NCBI GenBank assembly: GCA_973895155.1
Contig: OZ316895.1
Location: 19,358,803-19,422,802, forward strand
From: Marsupella aquatica
Taxonomy: Eukaryota > Plantae > Marchantiophyta
Length of the DNA stretch: 64,000 nt
Direction: 5' to 3'
A model generated the notes under the pieces. It was not told where the DNA came from and ran no database searches. It saw only the letters and a program-made list of their open reading frames with translations. Of the stretch, positions 52,864 to 64,000 are shown piece after piece (within the stretch, counting starts at the first letter, position 1; every line of letters begins with the position of its first letter). Position numbers and translations under genes: made by a program.

Positions 52864-55663
52864 TGAGCTACAGGTGCCACTTTCTATTGTAGAAGAATTG
52901 TTTCTGAAAGATCCGGGAAAGGTATCTATGAGCACCGCTGAAGGTAATTGAGCTTTGTTCAAACATTATGAAATGTTTGACTATGGTTAGTCAACGAATA
53001 TGGAGTGAGCTGTGAATAATTTTAGTACACACCTCTAGTCCTGATCACGCCAGTTCTTATAGGGGAGTATCCAAGCAATCAGATCAGTGTCTTTGAATGT
53101 AGTGTTGATCATGACCGGAGGATTTTGAAACTACAGTTTTGGGAGGTTTGGGCATCAGGTCTGACTATGTTTAGAACTTCTTTTAGTTTAACTTCGCTGG
53201 TGCTGTAGTCCACGTGAAATTTCTTCCAATGGCCTTAGGATTCGAACTTGGCCGACGAACGTGAATACGTTTCCTGTTTTGATGGCGTCTACGAGATGTC
53301 ACCATTCCCATGTACAGTCCCGAGTGTCAGCACTTCAACTGTTCTCCCGTGTGTTCTTCGGAACCAGAAACATGGTATGTATTTTGGGTAATGTACTTCA
53401 CGAGAGGCATCTTGGGAGGTTTCAAGTGGAGAATGACGGGGGTCTTGACAACTCGTAACCATTGTCACGGTAGTTCAGTGAGGAGGAGAGGGCATTTAAA
53501 GATATTTGGTCAAAGGACTGATTCGCAAAATACACACAATCGTGTGTTTTTGAGCAAGGCGTGGATATATATTTTGTGCTGATGAAATAATCTCCCTCAT
53601 TATTCATATCAGATACTCTGGGTCGTGGGTAGGATCTACAATCTCCTACCTCTGTTAAGAGTTGTGGTGTCATGTACGGTACTAGGCCAGACATGTTGGA
53701 GGATTTGTGGTTTGTAATCCTCACTTTATATTCATCTTCGGTCTGGTGGTTGCTGTGTGTTTTTCTGAGGTGTAGAAAGGACTAGTCTTTGCATTGGTCC
53801 TTTATAGGAGGTGATAAGATGTGAGACGGTTTGACCTGCTCGTTATGCTTCCTATGCAGATATTTTAATGTCCATGTATTTCCATTTTGTTCTCCACTTT
53901 AAAGTATTGTTGTTTTGAATGGATTTCGCGGTAGCCTCTAAAATAGTGATTAACGATTCGTGGTCAGTCACCAACACAGTTAACCATGTCGGTTTTGGGT
54001 CGATGTCTTGATTCCTTTGGGCGCATATTCCTCTCTTGATGTTTTGAGCCTCATGAAGTTTTTTCTGGGAGAGCCATTAGGTCGGTGTAGTGGACATTTT
54101 CAAAACAGAATCGGTTGATCTGCACATAAAACTGTGATAAGGTGCATTTACGTCTCATACCCGGACAAAAGTTATTTTGGTGTAAATTTTGTGCAAATAT
54201 AATACCACCTTCTAAGTAGGTTCCACTAAAGATATTCAAATACTTAGAAGGTTCCACTAAAAATATTCAAATACCAATACTTTCCAAACTAATGTTTGGA
54301 TTGATAGCCACGTTATCTGCAGCCATCCCTGTGTACTGTGATAGGGTTTGTAGCCATCCCCATGGACTGTGATAAGGAAACAGTGAACTCAATTGCAGCA
54401 CATAAGTGCTCTAACCATATTTCTACTTGTAATTAATGAAGATACCGATACAAAACATAAAGTGAATGGTCAATGTTTTCATTAATTGTTTACTACATTT
54501 TTCAAGAGTAATAACACCCGATAGGGATAGTAGTGGATGGTAAATGTTTTCATTAAACCACACTTGCCCCTATAAAGGGTTACGGGTAACTGTAGCTACA
54601 AGTTCAGAAATGGGCTTTGAGCTTCAAAGAAGATGATGACTTAAAACCTTTTTTTGACATGTATTCTACAAAAGGTGTTAGTATTCCACCTTTGGTGAAT
54701 AGTGAGACATGGAATGAGACTTTTATAATGGCAGGTGTGATTTAATTGTTTAATAACAGTTTTCAAGAGTGAATAAAAAGTTTGGATGGTAAATGTTTTC
54801 ATTAATTGTTTACTAACATTTTTGAAGAGTAAATAAAAAGCTTGGATGGAATGGATTAAAGGTTCACATTTTGTTTGTGCATGTGAAATGTATTGGTTTC
54901 TAAAGACCTAAATTTACCATGAAATTTGTTTTATTTTGTTGAGCTTGAGTAAACCATATGGAGGGAAAAGGTTCTAATAAGGAGAAAGAAGCTACACTGT
55001 CAATCAATAGTGATCTGCCAGTAACAAGATACCTTCTGGACAGAATTGTTATGTGCTAATGACAGGGTACCTTAAGGGGTAGAATTGGTGATCTGGTCAC
55101 TAACAGAGAAATCATGGGCAAAAATATAAACAATAATATCCATGCATATAGTTCAGGATATCTTTGTGTTTAGTCTAGTCCATAACCTAAGTTTGAGTTG
55201 TTCATGGCCCGTTCATGGCTGGGGCTTCATGGAGGATATCTTTGTATTTCAGTCAAGTCCATAATCTAGGTTTGAGTTGTTCATGGCCTGGGTTCATGGC
55301 TGGGGCTTCATGGACAATGTAGTCCATCCAGGCTTCTTTCCAAGACTATTCCGAATTTGTAAAGGTGCCATACTTTTCCACTACTGTTAATCACTGATGA
55401 AAAATGGTTAAGCATGTGTAAAGATAAGCATGGGTGAGGATAAGCATGGGTGAACATCCATCCATGGCAATAGAGATGCATCTACCCATAGTCTTCCCGG
55501 TCACTTCTATCTGTTCCCTTGACTGTTGTACTTGGCCCACCCTACCATTCAGACCATGATTAACCATTTCCAAAATAGGCTTTAGGGTAAAGGGGAACAC
55601 CAAGGGAAACATTGCAGGAACCTTGATGGAGCAAAATTACATTTCCTTCTACAAATCACGAAG

Positions 55664-55831
55664 TGTTATGACACCATAGTTAAGCTACCAGGGTTACTTA
55701 TCTAACCCTAGTTAGGAACCATGTAACCCTTCATACTATATATAAACGTCACCCGAGGGAGAAGATGTGATTCAGTTGGAGATTGTATCCGAGGGAGAAG
55801 ATGTGATTCACTTGGAGATTGTATCCGAACA
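55664..55831 (+). repeat. Copia 5' LTR (168 bp, with 36-bp internal duplication)
   Basis: Direct alignment to 63255-63386. Confidence 0.95.
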
Positions 55832-58069
55832 CGTTATCAACACTTCTCAACCCGGCTGAGCAAGACCATGGAAAAATTGATCCTACACTGACTATGGCAA
55901 ATCGAATCTGAAGAAAATTGAGGGCGCAAGTCGAGAACTTAGAATTGAAAGAAAGGAATTCATAAGGATGATCGTGGAATCCGTAAGGAAGCACAAAAAA
56001 AAGAATAGAATTAGAGAAGGCCACGAGAGAATTGATAAGAAGAACAACAGACGAAAAACGATTGAAGCAACAACAGAGAGGAGAATCGACGCCACAGAAG
56101 AAGCATCGGGCCCTATCCATTGAATCGAAATACTAGGGTCCCAATCGTCATACCCGGCAGAAGACTTCGAAAAGAATAGAAGGAGACTCGAAAGAAGATC
56201 GTAGAGCGATTCAGGAGCGAACACCGAACAAGAATTGATAAGGACCTTAAAACACATCGAGTCAAAGCATAGCCTCAATCAATAAGGCCACGCACCTGAT
56301 CTGAGATCGTGAGGGAGAAATTCACGAGCAAAAGAAAGAATAAAGAATCGAAGAGGACCCTAAAAAGGTGCAGCCATACGAAGCCAGCATCACCCACACG
56401 AGAATAAGGACTTCAGAACGACCTGTCTGCGCTTTGTTACCAGGATGAGCACTTAATTCGTTTCGTTACCAGGATGAGCACTTGATCAAGAAATAATAAT
56501 ACAAGGCGAAACCACAAGTGAAACCGCAGAATTGAAGAGGCACAGGTTCAGAAAGCAAAATAGAAGCAACAAGAGGGAAGATCAAAGCATAAGGACGTTG
56601 TAGAGGAATCAGAACTGCTCGCTTGACCCCGATCGGCGCACGAGAAGAAAAGAAGTAGAAACTGATAGAAGCCACAACATAACAAACTTCAGAAGATCAA
56701 TAAACAAAGCGCAGAAGGATTAGGCATTGACAACACTTTTCAGAAATTGAAGGGAGAAATCGTCAGGAGACTGAGGGGCGCACGAGTGCTGGCAGCAAAT
56801 TAACAAGAAGAAATGTGATAAGGAATTGCAATTCCTGAAAATGAAAAGCACAAATGCAAGTCGTGCGCAAGAGAAGAAGCAACCGATCGAAACAAGAAAA
56901 CAAAATTCAAGAGGAATAAAGAATGAGAGACAAGGCAGCAGACGATAGTCAGATACAGTAGCGAAAAAGCAAAAACTGATGGATAAGAGACCGGCCCCGA
57001 CCGAGACCCAATAAAGAGAGCAAAAACAAAAGTCCGTGAGCAAGCAGCATGCAGGGGCTGCACAGAAAGGAGCGATAAAGGAGCAAAAGAGAGAATGAGA
57101 GCAGAAGGGTCGCGTATGGAAACGTTAAGTCACAACGGAGTGGGCGAGCACTAGCGAAGGACCCCGATTACTGACACCCCTTCCCATACCACGGCACAGC
57201 GAACGACGTTCAACTCTTGATCCCTCATTAAACCTCATTCGACGTCCGGGTAACCCGAGCCCACCATTTGATCAAGAAATCCAAAGAATCAACCACAGAG
57301 TATTGTGATCCCACCGTAGCGAAAAACGATAAGGAGATTTGAGAAGCAAAGTAAAGAAAGACGTTGATATTACAAAGACAAAGAAGAAAAGTAGAGCTTC
57401 GGAATTAAGACGCTGCGAAGAAGAAGAGCACTGCCGGAGGAGAGAACGAGGGAAGAAAGAGAGAACGTGAGGAACGCCAGGAGCGAGAAGGACGCCCTGT
57501 AAAGACTAAGATCGTGGTACAAACGAAAGATGAGACGGTGGACAAGGAGGCAAAAATGGCAACAATAGTGACCAAAACATCGACAAAAACGACACTTAAC
57601 CTGATAAGTGCAACCCTCCTTAACCACAAAACCCATCAAAGCAAACTACTCATACAAAAGAAATTGTGCACTAAACCAGGGAAGCGCACAAAACCGCAAA
57701 CCACTCATAACTTCAAACCAAAAACAAAGAGAATTTCATTTACAAGAGAACTTAGTGCAGTTAACCACATACACGAGGAAACCAAACCTAAGTGCAAACC
57801 CTAAAGCGCACTTCATCCTTATGCTTAAGTTGCATGCAAAATTAAACCTAAAATGCATCTAGGGTTAATGGAAAAAGAACCCTACATTAATAAGGCAAAA
57901 CCCTAAACACAAAAACGAGAAAGAAAAATCAACTTTTTTGATTTTCCGAAAGCGCACAACTACTATAACCGCACAAAACTCACAAGGCACTAAGAACCAA
58001 CCTATCTTATAAACCTCGCATACGCTATAACCAATACGAAACCTAACCCTAAACCTAAAACCCAAAAGA

Positions 58070-61000
58070 TATGGCATCCATAGAGAAGCTGAACTTCCTC
58101 CCATTGACCATAGAGGGGGAAAACTACCTCTCCTAGACACTAGATGTCAAAGCTAACCTAATAGCTAAAAACATATACAAAACAATAATAACCGATCAGG
58201 GCACAACAACCCAACAGAAGGCGAGAGCCTTGGTGTTCATAAGACACCACCTCGTAGAACCATTAAAGCTACAATATCTTAACGAGGAAAATCCCAAAAA
58301 CCTTTGGGATCAACTCAAAGAAAGATATGACCACACTAAGACCATACACCTGCCTAGAGCCCGCCATGATTGGGCTAACCTCCGCGTCCAAGACCATACG
58401 TCGATAGTTAACTATAACAGCGAGTTGTTCCGCATCACATCCCAGTTGGCCCTGTGCGGCCAACCAGTCGGTGATGAAGAACAAATAGAAAAGACACTAT
58501 CAACCTTCCACTCGGGCAACATAATACTCTCATCACAAGAGATACTCTAAACTTACAGCTCACATGTTGCTAGCTGAGAGGCATCAGGATTTACTCTTAA
58601 AGAACTCAAAGATGCGACCCCCGGGAACCCTGCCATCGCCCCCAACCACCGAGACAAACTTTGGATAGCCTTCTAGCAGCAGAGGAGGCCAACAGGGCGG
58701 CTTCAGCCGCAATGGTAGAGGACGACCGGCCTTCGAGGAGGAAGACAATTTGGAGGCGGAAGATCCAACTACCTCAGGGGGAGAGGCAGAGGCCGCGAAG
58801 CTGGAGGAGGCCGCGGACGAGGAAGATCAAGCTTCACCCACACTTGTGGAGGATCGGGAAGACCAGGAAGACCAGCCCAACGGGGCAGTTCATCCCGACA
58901 ATACTCAGGAAGACCCGCTGTGGAGTGCTTCCGATGCGGCACCAAGGGCCACCCACAGAAACTGTGCCGCATACCGGCACACCTAGCAGAATTATACCAA
59001 CAGAGTAGAAATAATAGAACTTAGGAGGCACATCATGGTACTTTTCTAGAGCAGGACGAACACCTAGAAAACTACACCCATGACGAGACCACCCCTGAGA
59101 CACATATGATTACACACCAGCAGGATTCCTTACCTTTAGACGACATTAGAACCTGCATTGTAGATAGCGGCACGTCCCACACCATATTAAAGTGCAGGGA
59201 CTATTTCACTCACATTACTCCCTCCCACAGAAATATGACTACCATCATGGGGAGTAACCAAATAGAAGAAGGTAATGGACCCGCCACAATCATGTTACCT
59301 CAGGGCACTACTATCCATATTAAATCAGCTATCTATGCACCTAATGCCACTAGAAACTTGATTAGTTTCAAGGACATTAGAGATAACGGATTCCATATCC
59401 ACACTAGCACAGATAAAAACCAGGAAATAATTCATATCTTAAAGAATACTTTCAATTGAATGCTAATAAAAGAAACACTTTTCGCATATCCGTTGGGTTT
59501 CTATGTCACACAATTGAATGCTTTCCATTCAACTACGCATGAGACGTCACTATATGACATATGGCATACCAGACTTGGACACCCTAGCATGACCGTATTT
59601 CACAAGATGAAAAAAGTAACCCATGGAATATCACAAAATGCACGTCCAACAAACTATAATCAGTCTTGCATGGCATGTTCTCAAGGAAAGTTAATCCTCA
59701 GACCTTCCATCTCCAAGACAATCCATGAAATGCCCAGATTCTTGGAACGAGTGCATGCAGACGTATGTGGCCCTATTGAGCCACCAAGCGGACCATTTTG
59801 ATTTTTCCTAGTCATTATTGACGCATCCTTGAAATGGTTGCAAGTTTTGTTGCTTTCCACACGAAACCTCGGGGGGGTCACTATTTGGAGGGCCATACAT
59901 CGTGTGCGACGTTTTAGGGTTTGACCCCCCTAATGTACAAGTGAAAAATATTTTTTGCAAAGCCCTTTCTTTCTTTAAAATTTGTCATTTTTTATTAAAA
60001 AACCCCTAAAAACTTTAAAGAAAGTATTTTTTGCAATTAAATAGGCCTATGTGTTTTTCAAAGTCAACCAGTCAATAAAACATGCCCTATGTGTTCTTCC
60101 ACCAAACTTTGGAAGTCTTCCGCCACACCAATTTAAATGGGCCTACACTTTGTCGCACGTGATGTGCCACTTCCGTGGAAGTAACCCCCCGAGCACGAAA
60201 CATGGTTTTTCCACGACTTTTACCACACATCTTAAAGCTAAAAGCCCAATTCCCTGAAAACCCTATCAAAATGATTAGGGTTGATAATGCAGGCAAATTT
60301 ACTTTGAAAACATTCAAAGATTTTTGCATTGCGATAGGAATAGACACTCAATACCCTGTACCCCATGTACATTTCCAAAATGGCATCGCTGAATTTGTCA
60401 TTAAAAGAATACAGATGATAGCAAGACCCATGCTTATACAGACGCAATTACCCACAACTGCCTGGGGTCACACTATACTACATGCAACAAATTTACTTAA
60501 ATATCGCCCATCAGCGTATAATGACCAAAATCCACACCACCTAGCCTTTGGAGTAGATCTTGACTTATCACACATCAGAACTTTTGGTTGCCAAGTACTA
60601 GTCCCCATAATGGGACCTAAACGTACTAAGATGGGACCTCAAAGATAAAAAAGGCTTCATATATGTTGGTTTTGAGTTACCATCCATAATTAGGTACTTA
60701 AAACCATCAACTATTGATGTCTTTCAAGCGAGGTTCCCTAACTGCCATTTTTATGAGAATGTTTTCTCCAAACTATTTGAAGGGAAACCGCAATTTGAAC
60801 ACCCTCGTAACCTAGAATTACGATGGCGGACTCAGTTCACTATTTGGAACGATCCATGGACACGACAATGCAAAGAAGAAGTCCGTAGGATATTACAATT
60901 ATACAAAGATTGTGGAGCAAATGCTAGACGCATTTATAGACATTGCGCAGGTGACGAGATCACATATCCTTGCCGCAAACACTCCCGCACGTCTACAAGA

Positions 61001-63064
61001 ATTCACACAACTGGCCACGGACCAACCACCAAGAGCAAAACATGGACATCCCTTGGGATCTAAAGATACCCAACCAAGGCAAAGAAAAACAACAATAATA
61101 TTACCTGCAATACCAGAAGTGATACCCACACCAAACCCTATGGAAATCCCATAAAATGAAGAAATCTCAATTCACTACATGAATACTGGGACCATCTGGA
61201 ATAGAAATAATATTCCTATGGACGACAACTTTGCCTACCATATTTCCCAAAGTATCACACATACACAACTTGACCCTAAAACAATCAATGAGGCACTGAA
61301 AAGCCCAGATTGGTCAGAATGGGAAAAAGCAATTAACTCAGAATTGGATTCACTGATTAAACACCAAGTGTTTGGACCTATTATCCCAACACCAACAGAT
61401 ACCCACTTAACAGACTATAAGTGGATATTTATGAAAAAGAGAAACGCACAAGGCCAAGTTGCAAGCACGCCTTGTCGCGAAAGGATACACACAAATACCT
61501 AGGCGTGACTTTGACTTAACATACGCACCAGTGATGGACGCAATAACCTATCGATACTTAGTTGGATTCTCCCTAGGTCATCGACTAAAGATGCATGCAT
61601 CAAATGGATGTCGTAACAACATATTTATATGGATTATTGGATACGACCATATACATGAAAGCACCCCCAAAATTAATAAAACGACACACATACCATATCC
61701 AGGGGGAGCATAAGACAAAGGAAAACCCATCCACATCCACATCTCTACCTTATACCACAAAAAGACTTTGGGAAGGGAAAACGGGGCATGGTGGACCTAC
61801 AGCCCATCAACACCATGGAGTGGACCAATTGTCCTCCATAAGAGTGGACCTATTGTCCTTTCAATACATAAATCCATGCCTCTGGCCAAGGATGGATATG
61901 CTGTCCAGATCATGAGATCTTTATATGGACTAAAGCAAAGCGGAAGAATGTGGTATTAGAGATTTAGAGATGAAATGTTGAATATGGGTTTTACTAATGA
62001 AGATATTGCTCCTCAAGTGTTTATTCATTAAAAAACACAATGAGGAATTTTTGATAATTGCCATCTACGTAGATGACATCAACCTATTTGGACACCTAAA
62101 CCTATTACAACACACCATTAAGATACTAAATCGCGTATTTAAGATGAAAGACTTAGGCCAAACCCACTACTGTTTGGGCCTACAATTTGAACACCTACCT
62201 GATGGTATACTTTTACACCAGAGCACTTACACTACAAAAATCCTCAAACAATTCAACATGGACAAGGCACATCCTCGAACTTCTCCTATGGAAGTACGAT
62301 CCCTAGACAGAGACAAGGATGCATTCAGGAAGAGAAACAAGAATGAACCACTACTCGGTCCTGAAAAACCATACTTATCAGCAATAGAAGCACTCATGTT
62401 CCTAGCCAACCAGACACGACCAGACATTTCCTTTGCAGTAAACCTACTAGCCAGACACAGTGCACACCCTACTATACGCCACTGGAACGACATAAAAAGA
62501 ATAATGCGTTACCTTCAAGGAACTATTGATATGGGACTATATTTCCCTAATAACACTAATAAGACCTTAACAGGCTAGGCAGACGCTAGATATTTATTAG
62601 ACCCAGACGATGCTAAATCATAGACTGGCTACGTATTTTTATATGGTACTACAACCATTTTCTGGAAAAGCACTAAACAAACACTAACATGCACTTCATC
62701 TAACCACGCTAAGATTATTGCATTATATGAAGCTAGCAGAGAGTGTATTTGGCTAAGAAGAGTAACCGACCATATTAATACAAATTGCGCCTTACCAGCA
62801 CTAACCGAACTTACTACACTACTTGAAGACAATCAAGCATGTGTTGAGCAGGTCTTGAAAGGATTCATCAAAGGAGACCGCATCAAACATATTGCACCAA
62901 AATTCTTCTTCACCCACGAACAACAAGGAGACACCATTCAAGTGAAGACGATTGCGAGCAAAGACAACCATGCAAATCTATTCACCAAAGCCTTGACTCC
63001 AACACTACATATTATTCATTGTCAAGGCATAGGCTTATGCAGACTATCAAAACTCAGAGATTAA
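58070..63064 (+). pseudogene. Copia gag-pol, multiple stops and frameshifts, interrupted by a MITE
   Basis: Successive ORF fragments in copia order gag-PR-IN-RT-RH. Confidence 0.92.
59868..60193 (+). mobile_element. MITE, CTCGGGGG-TIR family, inserted in copia integrase
   Basis: TIRs CTCGGGGGGGTCACT / AGTAACCCCCCGAG; perfect 8-bp TSD CACGAAAC. Removing it restores LLSTRNMVF. Confidence 0.95.
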
Positions 63065-63254
63065 AAATAATATTGAACACTAGATAGCCATAAAATTTTG
63101 TACTCTTATTTGTAAAGGTGGTTGTACTCTTTCCCTCGCAAGAGTATGAGAGGGTTTTAATGAGGCAACACCTCCATAAGAACAAAGTACAAAACATGAG
63201 ACTTATGTTGGAGGACTTAACTTGCATTGCTCCCATAATACAATCAAGGGGGAG

Positions 63255-63386
63255 TGTTATGACACCATAGTTAAGTTACCAGGGTTACTTATCTAATCCT
63301 AGTTAGGAACCATGTAACCCTTCATACTATATATAAATGTCACTTGAGGGAGAAGATGTGATTTAGTTGGAGATTGTATCCGAACA
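63255..63386 (+). repeat. Copia 3' LTR (132 bp)
   Basis: Follows the PPT and is followed by TSD CGAAG. Confidence 0.95.
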
Positions 63387-63585
63387 CGAAGAAGTCATTT
63401 AATATTTTTTGTGGTTCCTATTGTCTTCGGTCACTGCTGGTAGGTTGAGTTCTTCATTGGCGTGGTCAGGGCCTAACCAGGTTATGAACAGTGCCTCTGG
63501 GGTGAACTTTCACCAATCCAAAACTGGGTCAATGCTATATTGGGTCTTGGGATTCCATGAGTGGGTGTAGGATGTGGATCCCAAT

Positions 63586-63883
63586 CTTAGGGGTCTCACT
63601 ATACGGATGCCTCCCCATCACCTGCGACGTTTTTAGGCCTCGGACCCCCTAAAATGTAAGAATTTTTTAAATTTTTTTCAACCCCTATAAAGTTGGAATA
63701 TTCTTGGAATATTCCAAAATTTTGGTTATAAGGACCCTAATGTTCTTATAAGTCTCAAAATTGGATTTAAAAGACCCTATTGTTCTTCTCAGAAAATTCT
63801 TAAGTCTTCCCTTTGAACCAATAAAATGACCCTATACTTCGTCGCACGTGATATGCCATTTTTGTGGAAGTGAAACCCCCGAG
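63586..63883 (+). mobile_element. MITE, CTCGGGGG-TIR family (divergent subfamily)
   Basis: cttaggggtctcact ... agtgaaacccccgag. Flanks are ATCCCAAT / ATCCCAAC. Confidence 0.8.
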
Positions 63884-64000
63884 ATCCCAACTGTGGAATC
63901 CCAAACACTACAACATATTTGACACTTTTGCGAAGGTATTTTTGTCGACGCTCTTGTATTCTGATGGGCGGCGCTTGGCATAATTTGCGAATCAACCTGC

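Larger units (their letters stand above)
55664..63386 (+). mobile_element. Full-length decayed Ty1/copia retrotransposon (Bianca-like)
   Basis: LTRs 55664-55831 and 63255-63386 (TG..CA); TSD CGAAG on both sides; PBS CGTTATCAACAC; PPT AAGGGGGAG. gag, protease (IVDSGTSH), integrase (WHTRLGHP, HADVCGP), RT (YGLKQSGRMWY, YVDDI, VRSLD) and RNase H (KHIAPKFF). Confidence 0.95.

Noticed and set aside
54220-55320. Several short local duplications downstream of the ligase gene
   Set aside because: No TIR, TSD or coding signal. They look like ordinary degenerate repeat DNA.
57790-58065. AAACCCTA telomere-like motifs
   Set aside because: Scattered single units (teloboxes), not an interstitial telomere array.
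55749-58140. Hydrophobic minus-strand ORFs suggesting an env-like membrane protein
   Set aside because: Expected from the T-rich complement of an A-rich leader. They are short, in inconsistent frames and have no motif.

Overview
Eukaryotic land-plant genomic DNA (spliceosomal introns and TE types suggest a bryophyte or other non-seed plant; this is inference). Three intact multi-exon host genes sit among transposon remains: a CAF1/PARN-like deadenylase (+), an acylamino-acid-releasing enzyme (-) and succinyl-CoA ligase alpha (+). TEs: a CACTA/EnSpm element (1-~9930, probably running off the left edge), two Ty3/gypsy derivatives, a full-length decayed Bianca-like Ty1/copia with LTRs and TSD, a CRE-like non-LTR retroelement with a restriction-like endonuclease, a Helitron 3' end with a minisatellite, PIF/Harbinger remains, and two MITE families. 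Most striking: the CACTA element carries a SET-domain (lysine methyltransferase-like) exon inside the first intron of its transposase. That exon can be spliced in frame to the transposase's N-terminal zinc-finger exon. The element also has an adjacent BRCT-like gene and clusters of a TTAACGTCG motif in its noncoding segments. Together these form a candidate transposon-encoded chromatin-modifying or anti-silencing system, now pseudogenised in this copy. All family calls are by-eye motif recognition; no searches were run.
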